This document shows, piece after piece, positions 1-12,613 of a DNA stretch of 64,000 bases. The stretch lies in assembly GCF_009914755.1 (NCBI RefSeq), contig NC_060940.1. One strand, written 5' to 3'. The notes under the pieces are model-generated. The model did not search any database and was not told the origin of the DNA. It worked only from the letters and a program-made list of their open reading frames with translations. The DNA is from the human T2T-CHM13v2.0 reference genome, Homo sapiens. The translations under genes were made by a program, and so were the position numbers. The number at the start of each line of letters is the position of its first letter. The stretch's first letter is position 1.

Positions 1-1050
1 ATTCTTTGATTCCATTCCATTCCATTCGACAATGATTCCATTCGATTTCTTTCGATGATTCCACTCGATTCCACTTGACATTGATTCCCTTCGATTCCAT
101 TCAATGATTCCATTTGATTCCAGTGGATGATGATTGCCATCGATTCCATTCCATCACGCCATTCTATTCCATTTGATGATGATTACATTCGATTCCATTT
201 GACGATTCCATCTGATTCTATTCGAGGATTCCATTTGATTCCATTCGATGATGATTCCATTCGAGTCCATTCGATGATTTCATTCGAGTACATCCAATGA
301 TTCCATTCGAGTCCATTTGATGATTCCATTTGATTCCATTTGATAATGATTCTACTAGAGTCCATTCAATGACTCCATTGGAGTCCATTCAACAATTCCA
401 TTCGACTCCATTTGATGATTCCATTCGATTCCATTTGATGATTCCATTCGAGTCCATTTAATCATTACAGTCGAGTCCATTTGGTGATTCCACCGGATTT
501 CTTTTGATAATGATACCATTCAATTACATTTGATGATGATCCCATTCAATTTCATTTGATGATGATTCCATTAGAGTCCATTCGATGATTTCATTCGAGT
601 CCCTTCACTGATTCCATCCGATTTCATTGGATGATGACTCCATTCGAGTCCATTCGATGATTCCACTCGATTCCATTAGATGATTCCATTGGAGTCCATT
701 TGATTGTTCCATTCGATTCCATTCGATTCCTTTCGAAGATTATTCCATTTGAGTCCATTCGATGATGATTCCATTCCATTCCATTCGATGATTCCGTTTG
801 ATTCCATTCGATGATTCCCTTCGATTCCTTTCTTTGATGATTCCATTCCATTCCATTCAATGATTCCATTCGAATCTATTCCATGATGATTCCTTTCGAT
901 TCCATTCGTTGATGTTTCCGTTCAATTCCATTCGATGATGATTCCATTCGATTCCATTCATTGAGGATTCCATTTGATTCCATTCAATGATGATTCCATT
1001 CTATTCCATTCAATGATTGCATTCAATTCCATTCAATGATTATCCCATTA
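1..1050 (+). repeat. Partial unit: tail of an A-type 6.1-kb unit
   Basis: Has the A-tail alleles (CATTCGACTCC, CACCGG, no 10-bp deletion), matching 22172-23221. Lacks the C-tail GAGGCC allele. Confidence 0.8.
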
Positions 1051-4000
1051 GAGTAAACTCAACGATTCCATTCAATACCATTCGATGATGATTCCTTTTG
1101 AGTCCATTCAATGATTTCATTCAAGTCCATTTGATGATTCCTTTCAATTCCATTCTATGATGATTCCATTCGAGTCCATTCGATGATTCCATTCGATTGC
1201 ATTCGATGATTCCATTATATTCCATTCAACGATGATTCCATTCGAGTCCATTCGATGATTCCATTAGAGTACATTTAATGATTGCTTTGTTTTCAATTCG
1301 AAGATGATTACATTCGATTCCATTCTATGATACCATTCGATTCCATTCAATGATGATTCCACTCAAATCCATTGGATGATTCCATTCGTGTCCATTCGGT
1401 GATTTCATTAGATTCCATTCGAGGATGATTCCATTTGATTCCATTCGATGATTCCATTCAATTCCATTCGATGATGATTCCATTCCAGTCCATATGATCA
1501 TTCCATTTGATTTCATTCGATGATGATTCCATTCGATTCCATTCGATGATTCCATTCTATTCCATTCGATGATGATTCCATTCGAGTCCATTCGATGATT
1601 CCATTCGAGTCCATTTAATGATTCCATTGGGTTCAATTCAATGATGATTACATTGGATTCCGTTCTATGATTCCATTCAATTCCGTTCATTGACAATTTG
1701 ATTCCATTCGATGATGATTCCATTTGAGTTCATTCGATGATTCTATTCGATTCTCTTCGATGGTGATTCAATTCTATTATATTGGATGATTCCATTCGAT
1801 TCCATTTGATGTTGATTCAATTCGATTCTATTCGATGATGATTCCATTGGATTTCACTTGATGATTCTATTCGATTCCATTCAATGATGATTCACTTCTC
1901 GTCCATTGGATGATTCCATTTCATTCCATTCGATGATGATTCCATTCGATTCCATTCGATGATTCCATTTGATTCCATGCGTCGGTGAGCAATTCGATTC
2001 AATTCCATGATGATTCTATTTGATTCAATTAGATGATGTTTCCATTCGAATCCATTCCATGATTATTCCATTGGAATCCATTCGGCGATGATTCCATATG
2101 AGTCAATTCAATGATGATTCCATATGGGTCCGTTCGATGATAATTCCATTTGATTTCATTCGGTGCTTCTATTCAATTCCAGTCGATGATGATTCCGTTG
2201 GAGTCCATACGATGATTCCATTTGATTTCATTTGATGATGATTCCATTCGATGATGATTACATTGGATTCCATTCTATGATTCCATTCAATTCCATTCGT
2301 TGATGATTCGATTCCATTCAATGATGATTCCATTTGAGTTCATTCGATGATTCTATTCGATTCCGTTCGATGGTGATTCAATTCTCTTATATTGGATGAT
2401 TCCACTCGATTCCATTTGACGATAATTCCATTGGAGTCCACTTAGTGAATCCTTTAGATTCTACTCGAAGATGATTCCATTCGAGTCCATTCGATGATAC
2501 CATTCAATTTCATTCGTTGATGCTTCCATTCAAGTGCATTCGATGATATCATTCGATTCCATTTGATGATAATTCCATTTGATTCCATGCGATGATTCTA
2601 TTCGATTCCATTCAACGACAATTCCATTCAATTCAGTGATTCCTCTGGACTCCATTTGATGATGATTCCATTCAATGATTCCATTCGATTCTATTCGAAA
2701 ATGATTCCATTTGAATCCATTTGATGATGATTCCATTAGATTCCATTTGATGATTCCATTCGATTCCATTCAATGATGATTCCATTCGATTCCGTTTGAT
2801 GATTCCATTCTATTCCATTCGATGATGATTCCATTCGATTCCATTCGATGATGATTGGATTCGATTCCATTTGATGATTTCATTTGATTCCATTCGTTAA
2901 TGATTTCGATCAATTCCATTCGATGATTCCATTCGATTCCATTCGATAATGATTACATCCGAGTCCATTCGATGATTCCCTTTGAGCCTGTTCGATAATT
3001 CCATTTGAGTCCAACCAATGATTCCATTCATTTCCATTCAATGATTCCATTCGAGTCCATTTGATCATTCCGGTAGGGTCCATTCGATGTTGATTCCATT
3101 TGAGTGCATTCGATGATTCCATTCGAGTCCATTTTAGGATTTGATTCGAGTCCTTTCGATGATTCCATTCGATTCCACTCGATGATGATTTCATTCGAGT
3201 CCATTCGACACTTCCAATCGATTCCATTTGATGATTCCATTCGAGTCCAATTGATGATTCCATTCAATTCCATTCGATGATGATTCCGTACGATTCCATT
3301 CTGTGATGATTCCATGTGATTGCATTCAATGATGATTCCTTTCGATTGCATTCGATTATGATTCATTTCGTGTTCATTCTATGGTTCCACAGGTTTCCAT
3401 TCGTGTCCATTCCATTATTCCATTCTATTCCATTTGATGATGATTCCATTCGATTCCATTCATTGGTTATTCCACTCAATTCCATTCAATGATTCCATTC
3501 CATTTCTTTCAACAATGATTCCATTAGTTTCTAATCGATGATCCACTTGATTCCATTTGACGACGATTCCATTCTTGTCCATTCGATGATTCCATTTGAT
3601 TCCATATGATGATGATTCCATTCGATCCCATACCATGATGATTCCATTCGAGTCCATTCAATGGTGATTCCATTCAATTCCATTCGATGATTCCTTTCGA
3701 TTCCATTCGATGATGATGGCATTCGATTCCTTTCAATCATTCCCTTTGATTCCATTCAAAGGTGATTTCATTCAAGTCCATTCGATAATTGCATTCGATT
3801 CCATTCTATGATGATTCCATTCGAGTCCATTTGATGATTCCATTCAATTCAAGTCAATGATGATTCCATTCGATTCCATTCGATGATTCCATTGGATTCC
3901 ATTCGATGATGATTCCATTCAAATCCATTCGATAATTCAATTCAAGTTCATTCGATGATGATTAAAATCGAATCCATTCAAAGATTCCATTCAGTTCCAT

Positions 4001-7000
4001 TCGATGGTTCCCTTAGATTCCATTCGATGATTCCACTTGATTCCATTTACGATGATTCCATTCGATTCCATGTGATGATTCCATTCAATTCTATTCAATG
4101 GTGTCTCCATTTGATTCCATTCGACCATGATTGCCTTTGATTCCATTCAATGACTCCATTCGGTTCCTTTTGATGATGATTCCATTCGATTCCCTTTCAT
4201 TATTCCATTTGATTCCATTGGATGAGTCCATTCGATTACATTCGATGATTATTCCATTCGAGTGCATTAGATGATTCCATTCGAGTCCATTCGATGATTC
4301 CATTCGATTCCATTCGATGTTGATTCTGTTCAAATCCATTCGATGATTCCACTCGATTCCATTCGATGACTCCAGTTGATCCCATTCGATGATTTCCTTT
4401 GATTCCCTTTGATGATCATTCCATTTGATTCAATTCGGTGATTTCATTTGATTCCATTCAGTGATGTTTCCATTCGACTCCATTCGATGATGATTCCATT
4501 CGACTCCATTCGATTATGATTTCATTCAATTCCATTCGATAATGATTCCCTTCGAGTCCATTCGATGATTCCATTCGATTCCATTCAACGATGATTTGAT
4601 TCGTGTCCATTCGATGATTCCATTTGATTCCACTTGATGATGATTCCATTCGAGTCCATTTGATGATTCCATTCAAATCCATTCTCCGATGATTTCTTTT
4701 GAGCCCATTCAATGCTTCCACTCGATTCCATATGATGATGACTCCATTCGATGAAATTCGATGATGATTCCATTCGCTTACATTCGATGATGATTCCACT
4801 TGAGTCCATTAGAAGATTCTATTCAATTACATTCCATGACGATTCCGTTCGAGTCCATTTGATGATTCCATTAGACTCCATTCGACGATGATTCCATTCG
4901 ATGTTATTCGATGATTCCATTCGATCTCATTTGATGATGATTCCATTCAACTCCATTCGATGTTTGCATTCGAGTTCATTCTATTATTCCATTAGATTCC
5001 ATTCGATGATGATTCCATTGGATTCCATTTGATGATTGCATTCTATTTCATTTGATGATGATTCCATTCGAGTCCACTCGATGATTCCATTCGAGTCCAT
5101 TTAATGAATCCATTGGTTTCAATTCTATGATGATTACATTGGATTCCATTCGTTGATGATTTCATTCGGGTCCATTCAATGATGATTCCATTCAATTCCT
5201 TTCAATGTTTCCATTCAATTCCATACGATGATGATTCCATTTGATTTGATTCGACAGTGAGCCATTCGATTCAATTCCATGATGATTCTATTTGATTCAA
5301 TTGGTTGACATTTCCATTCGATTCCATTCGATGATGATTCCCTTTGATTCCATTCAAAGATGATTCCATTCTAGCCCATTCAATCATTCCATTCGATTCT
5401 ATTCAATGATGATACCATTCATGTCGATTTGGTGATTCCATTTGACTTCATTTGATGATGATTCCTTTCAAGTTCATTAGATGATTCCATTCGATTCCAT
5501 TTGATGATGATCCCATTCGAGTCCATTCAGTGATTCCATTCGTTTCCATTCCATGATGATTCCATTCCTTTCCATTCAATGATTCCATTCGATTCCGTTT
5601 GATGATGATTTCATTCGAGTCCATTTGATGATTCCATTTGATTCCATTCGATGATGATTCCATTCGAGTCCATTCGATGATTCTATTCGAATCCATTTGA
5701 TGATTTCTTTTGATTATATTTGGTGATGATTCCATTGGAGTCCATTCAATGATTCCATTCTATTCCAATCGATGATGATTCCATTAGAGTCCATTTAATG
5801 ATTCCATTTGATTCCAGTCTCTGATGATTACATTCGAGTCCATACGATGATTCCACTCAATTCCATAAGATGATGATTCCATTTGATTCCATTCGGTGAT
5901 TCCATTCTATTCTATTCAATGGTGATTCCATTCGAGTACATTAGATGATTCCATTCGATTCCATTCAATGATGATTCTATGTGTGTCCCTTAGATGATTC
6001 CAAATGATTCCATTACATGATGATACTATTTGAGCCCATCCAATGATTCCCTTCGATTCCATTCGATGAGGATTCCATTCGATTCAATTCATTGGTGATT
6101 CTATTCAATTCAATTCTTTGATTCCATTCCATTCCATTCGACAATGATTCCATTCGATTTCTTTCGATGATTCCACTCGATTCCACTTGACATTGATTCC
6201 ATTCGATTCCATTCAATGATTCCATTTGATTCCAGTGGATGATGATTGCCATTGATTCCATTCGATCACTCCATTCTATTCCATTTGATGATGATTACAT
6301 TCGATTCCATTTGATGATTCCATCTGATTCTATTCGAGGATTCCATTTGATTCCATTCGATGATGATTCCATTCGAGTCCATTCGATGATTTCATTCCAG
6401 TACATCCAATGATTCCATTCGAGTCCATTAGATGATTCCATTTGATTCCATTTGAAAATGATTCTACTAGAGTCCATTCAATGACTCCATTCGAGTCCAT
6501 TCAACAATTCCATTCGACTCCATTCGATGATTCCATTCGATTCCATTTGATGGTTCCATTCGAGTCCATTTAATCATTACAGTCGAGTCCATTTGTTGAT
6601 TCCACTGGATTTCTTTTGATAATGATACCATTCAATTACATTTGATGATGATCCCATTCAACTTCATTTGATGATGATTCCATTAGAGTCCATTCGATGA
6701 TTTCATTCGAGTCCCTTCATTGATTCCATCCGATTTCATTGGATGATGACTCCATTCGAGTCCATTCGATGATTCCACTCGATTCCATTAGATGACTCCA
6801 TTGGAGTCCATTTGATTGTTCCATTCGATTCCATTCGATTCCTTTCGAAGATTATTCCATTTGAGTCCATTCGATGATGATTCCATTCCATTCCATTCCA
6901 TGATTCCGTTTGATTCCATTCGATGATTCCCTTCGATTCCTTTCTTTGATGATTCCATTCCATTCCATTCAATGATTCCATTCGAATCTATTCCATGATG

Positions 7001-7162
7001 ATTCCTTTCGATTCCATTCGCTGATGTTTCCGTTCAATTCCATTCGATGATGATTCCATTCGATTCCATTCATTGAGGATTCCATTTGATTCCATTCAAT
7101 GATGATTCCATTCTATTCCATTCAATGATTGCATTCAATTCCATTCAGTGATTATCCCATTA
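1051..7162 (+). repeat. Higher-order unit A1 (6,112 bp)
   Basis: Between GAGTAAACTC landmarks at 1051 and 7163. A-diagnostic alleles GCGTCGGTGAGC, GATTAAAATCG, GACTCCAGTTGATCCC. Boundary phase is arbitrary. Confidence 0.9.
2021..2031 (-). promoter_or_regulatory. Candidate DUX4 binding motif TAATTGAATCA
   Basis: Plus strand TGATTCAATTA, whose reverse complement fits the double-homeodomain consensus TAAYYBAATCA. DUX4 is known to bind and activate HSATII. Occupancy here is untested. Confidence 0.5.
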
Positions 7163-8132
7163 GAGTAAACTCAACGATTCCATTCAATACCATTCGATGA
7201 TGATTCCTTTTGAGTCCATTCAATGATTTCATTCAAGTCCATTTGATGATTCCATTCAATTCCATTCTATGATGATTCCATTCGAGTCCATTCGATGATT
7301 CCATTCGATTGCATTCGATGATTCCATTATATTCCATTCAACGGTGATTCCATTCGAGTCCATTCCATGATTCCATTAGAGTACATTTAATGATTGCTTT
7401 GTTTTCAATTCGAAGATGATTACATTGGATTCCATTCTATGATACCATTCGATTCCATTCAATGATGATTCCACTCAAATCCATTGGATGATTCCATTCG
7501 TGTCCATTCGGTGATTTCATTAGATTCCATTCGAGGATGATTCCATTCGATTCCATTCGATGATTCCATTCAATTCCATTCGATGATGATTCCATTCCAG
7601 TCCATATGATCATTCCATTTGATTTCATTCGATGATGATTCCATTCGATTCCATTCGATGATTCCATTCTATTCCATTCGATGATGATTCAATTCGAGTC
7701 CATTCGATGATTCCATTCGAGTCCATTTAATGATTCCATTGGGTTCAATTCAATGATGATTACATTGGATTCCGTTCTCTGATTCCATTCAATTCCGTTC
7801 ATTGACAATTTGATTCCATTCGATGATGATTCCATTTGAGTTCATTCGATGATTCTATTCGATTCTCTTCGATGGTGATTCAATTCTATTATATTGGATG
7901 ATTCCATTCGATTCCATTTGATGTTGATTCAATTCGATTCTATTCGATGATGATTCCATTGGATTTCACTTGATGATTCTATTCGATTCCATTCAATGAT
8001 GATTCACTTCTCCTCCATTGGATGATTCCATTTCATTCCATTCGATGATGATTCCATTCGATTCCATTCGATGATTCCATTTGATTCCATGCGACGGTGA
8101 GCAATTCGATTCAATTCCATGATGATTCTATT

Positions 8133-8143
8133 TGATTCAATTA
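8133..8143 (-). promoter_or_regulatory. Candidate DUX4 binding motif TAATTGAATCA
   Basis: Identical motif at the homologous unit position. Confidence 0.5.
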
Positions 8144-10782
8144 GATGATGTTTCCATTCGAATCCATTCCATGATTATTCCATTGGAATCCATTTGGCGA
8201 TGATTCCATATGAGTCAATTCAATGATGATTCCATATGGGTCCGTTCGATGATAATTCCATTTGATTTCATTGGATGCTTCTATTCTATTCCAGTCGATG
8301 ATGATTCCGTTGGAGTCCATACGATGATTACATTTGATTTCATTTGATGATGATTCCATTCGATGATGATTACATTGGATTCCATTCTATGATTCCATTC
8401 AATTCCATTCGTTGATGATTCGATTCCATTCAATGATGATTCCATTTGAGTTCATTCGATGATTCTATTCGATTCCGTTCGATGGTGATTCAATTCTCTT
8501 ATATTGGATGATTCCACTCGATTCCATTTGATGATTATTCCATTGGAGTCCACTTAGTGAATCCTTTAGATTCTACTCGAAGATGATTCCATTCGAGTCC
8601 ATTCGATGATACCATTCAATTCCATTCGTTGATGCTTCCATTCAAGTGCATTCGATGATATCATTCGATTCCATTTGATGATAATTCCATTTGATTCCAT
8701 GCGATGATTCTATTCGATTCCATTCAATGATAATTCCATTCAATTCAGTGATTCCTCTGGACTCCATTTGATGATGATTCCATTCAATGATTCCATTCGA
8801 TTCTATTCGAAAATGATTCCATTTGAATCCATTTGATGACGATTCCATTCGATTCCATTCGACGATGATTCCATTCGATTCCATTTGATGATTCCATTCT
8901 ATTCTATTCGATGATGATTCCATTCGATTCCATTCGACGATGATTGGATTCGATTCCATTTGATGATTTCATTTGATTCCATTCGTTAATGATTTCGATC
9001 AACTCCATTCGATGATTCCATTTGATTCCATTCGATAATGATTACATCCGAGTCCATTCGATGATTCCATTTGAGCCCGTTCGATAATTCCATTTGAGTC
9101 CAATCAATGATTCCATTCATTTCCATTCAATGATTCCATTCGAGTCCATTTGATCATTCTGGTAGGGTCCGTTCGATGTTGATTCCATTGGAGTGCATTC
9201 GATGATTCCATTCGAGTCCATTTTATGATTTGATTCGAGTCCTTTCGATGATTCCATTCGATTCCACTCGATGATGATTTCATTCGAGTCCATTCGACAC
9301 TTTCAATCGATTCCATTTGATGATTCCATTCGAGTCCAATTGATGATTCCATTCAATTCCATTCGATGATGATTCCGTACGATTCCATTCTGTGATGATT
9401 CCATGTGATTGCATTCAATGATGATTCCTTTCGACTGCATTCGATTATGATTCATTTCGTGTTCATTCTATGGTTCCACAGGTTTCCATTCGATGACGTT
9501 TCCGTTCGTGTCCATTCCATTATTCCATTCTATTTCATTTGATGATGATTCCATTCGATTCCATTCATTGGTGATTCCACTCAATTCCATTCAATGATTC
9601 CATTCCATTTCTTTCAACAATGATTCCATTAGTTTCTATTCGATGATCCACTTGATTCCATTTGGCGATGATTCCATTCGTGTCCATTCGATGATTCCAT
9701 TTGATTCCATATGATGATGATTCCATTCGATTCCATACCATGATGATTCCATTCGAGTCCATTCAATGGTGATTCCATTCAATTCCATTCGATGATTCCT
9801 TCCGATTCCATTCGATGATGATGGCATTCGATTCCTTTCAATCATTCCCTTTGATTCCATTCAAAGGTGATTTCATTCAAGTCCATTCGATAATTGCATT
9901 CGATTCCATTCTATGATGATTCCATTCGAGTCCATTTGATGATTCCATTCAATTCAAGTCAATGATGATTCCATTCGATTCCATTCGATGATTCCATTGG
10001 ATTCCATTCGATGATGATTCCATTCAAATCCATTCGATAATTCAATTCAAGTCCATTCGATGATGATTCCAATCGAATCCATTCAAAGATTCCATTCAAT
10101 TCCATTCGATGATGATTCCCTTAGATTCCATTCGATGATTCCACTTGATTCCATTTACGATGATTCCATTCGATTCCATGTGATGAATCCATTCAATTCT
10201 ATTCAATGATGTTTCCATTTGATTCCATTGGACCATGATTGCCTTTGATTCCATTCAATGATTCCATTCGGTTCCATTTGATGATGATTCCGTTCGATTC
10301 CATTTGATGATTCCATTTGATTCCATTGGATGAGTCCATTCGATTACATTCGATGATTATTCCATTCGAGTGCATTAGATGATTGCATTCGAGTCCATTC
10401 GATGATTCCATTCGATTCCATTCGATGTTGATTCTGTTCAAATCCATTCGATGATTCCACTCGATTCCATTCGATGACTCCATTTGATCCCATTCGATGA
10501 TTTCCTGTGATTCCCTTTGATGATCATTCTATTTGATTCAATTCGGTGATTTCATTTCATTCCATTCAGTGATGTTTCCATTCGACTGTATTCGATGATG
10601 ATTCCATTCGACTCCATTCGATTATGATTTCATTCAATTCCATTCAATAATGATTCCCTTCGAGTCCATTCGATGATTCCATTCGATTCCATTCAACGAT
10701 GATTTGATTCGTTTCCATTCGATGATTCCATTTGATTCCACTTGATGATGATTCCATTCGAGTCCATTTGATGATTCCATTC

Positions 10783-12613
10783 GAGTCTATTTATGTATTA
10801 TATTCGTGTCCACTTCATGATTCCATTCAATTCCATTTAATGTTGATTCCATTTGATTCCATTTGATGATTCAGTTCGATTCCTTGCAATGATTCCCTAC
10901 GATTCCTTTCTCTGATGATTCCATTCGATTCCATTCATTGATGATTTCATTCGACTCCATTCGATGATGATTCCTTACGATTCCATTTGACGATGTTTCC
11001 ATTCGAGTCCATTCGATGATGATTCTATTCAATTCTGTTCTATTATGATTCCATTCGATTTCATTCAATGCTTCTATTTGATTCCATTCGATGATGATTC
11101 CATCTCTTACCCTTCGATGATTCCATTTGATTCCATTCAGTGATGATTCCTTTTGATTCCATCTGATGATGATTTCACTTGATTCCTTTCAATGATGATT
11201 CAATTCAAGTCCACTCGATGATTCCATTGGAGTCCAAACGATCATTCCGTTCGATTCCATTCAATGGTGATTCCATTCATGTCCATTCGATGAATCCATT
11301 CAATTCCATTCGATGATGACTCCATTCGAGTACATTCGATGATTCCATTTGAGTCCATTTGAAGATGATTCCATTCAATTCCATTCGAAGATGATTCCAT
11401 TCAATTCCATTCGATGATGATTCCGTATGAATCCATTCTCTGATTATTCCATTCGATTCCATTCATTGACGATTCCATTCAATTCCATTCAATGATGATT
11501 CTCTTCTATTCCATTCGATGATTCCGGTCGATTCCATTCGATGATGATTCCATTAGATTCCATTCGATTGTTGCATTCGATTCCCTTCGATGATGATTCC
11601 TTTGAATTCCATTCGATTATCATTCCGTATGAATCCATTTGATGATTATTCCATTGGATTCCTTTCGATGATGATTCCATTCGATTCCATTTGATGATGT
11701 TTCTCTTGTATTCCATTGGATAATTCCTTTCAGTTCCCTTCGATGATTATTCTTTCGAGTCAATTCGATGATTCTATTCCATTCCCTTCGATGATGATTC
11801 CATTTCACTCCATTTGATGATTCCATTCGACTCAATTTGGTGATGATTCAATTCGATGACATTCGATGACTCCATTCAATTTCATTTGATGATGATTACA
11901 TTCGAGTCCATTTGATGATTGTATTCCTTTCCTTTTGATGATTATTCCATTCGTGTCTATTCAAAGGTTCCATTCTATTCCATTCAATGATGATTGCATT
12001 TGATTCCATTCAATGATTATGGCTATCGATTCCACTCGTTGATTCCATTTGATTCCGTTCGATGATTATTCCGTTAGATTCCATTAGAAGATTCCATTCT
12101 ATTTTATTCAATGATTCCAATGGATTCCATTCAATGATGATTCCATTCGACTCCATTCAGTGATTCCATTCGAGTCCATTTGATGATTCCATTCTTTTCC
12201 ATTTGATGATGATTCCATTAGGGTCCATTCAATGATTCCATTCGAGTCCATTCGTTAATGCCTTTCGAGTCCTTTTGATCACTACATTCGAGTCCATTCA
12301 ATGATTCTATTCGATTCCATTCCATGATGATTCCATTCGAGTTCATTCGATGATTGCATTCGAGTCCATTTGATGATTCCATATGATTCCCTTCGACAAT
12401 GATTCCATTCGTGTCCATTTGATGATTCCATTCATTTCCTATCGATGAAGATTCCATTCAAGTGTATTCGATGATTCCATTCAAATCCATTCGATGATGA
12501 TTCCATTCCAGTCCATTCGATCATTCCACTTGATTCCATTTGATGACTATTCCATTCAAATCCATTTGATGATTCCATTCTATTCCATTCGATGTTACCA
12601 TTCGAGTATATAC
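10783..12613 (+). repeat. Segment X copy 1 (1,831 bp of HSat2 absent from A units)
   Basis: Begins GAGTCTATTTATGTATTATATTCG and ends GTTACCATTCGAGTATATAC. These and other words (CCTTGCAATG, GTCCAAACG, ATGGCTATCG) are not seen in A units. Confidence 0.88.

Noticed and set aside
2852-2862. TGATTGGATTC near-match to the DUX4 motif in each core
   Set aside because: It mismatches the TAA end of the consensus, and near-matches are expected in this sequence background.
3955-4140. Plus-strand ORF MMIKIESIQRFHS..., repeated at 20014, 36109 and 38047
   Set aside because: Chance stop-free stretch of A-type satellite. It is useful only as a unit-type marker.
10783-12613. X as a transposon or LTR-like element flanked by long direct repeats
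   Set aside because: X is itself HSat2 sequence with no terminal inverted repeats, poly(A), primer-binding site or coding capacity. The flanks are ordinary unit core.
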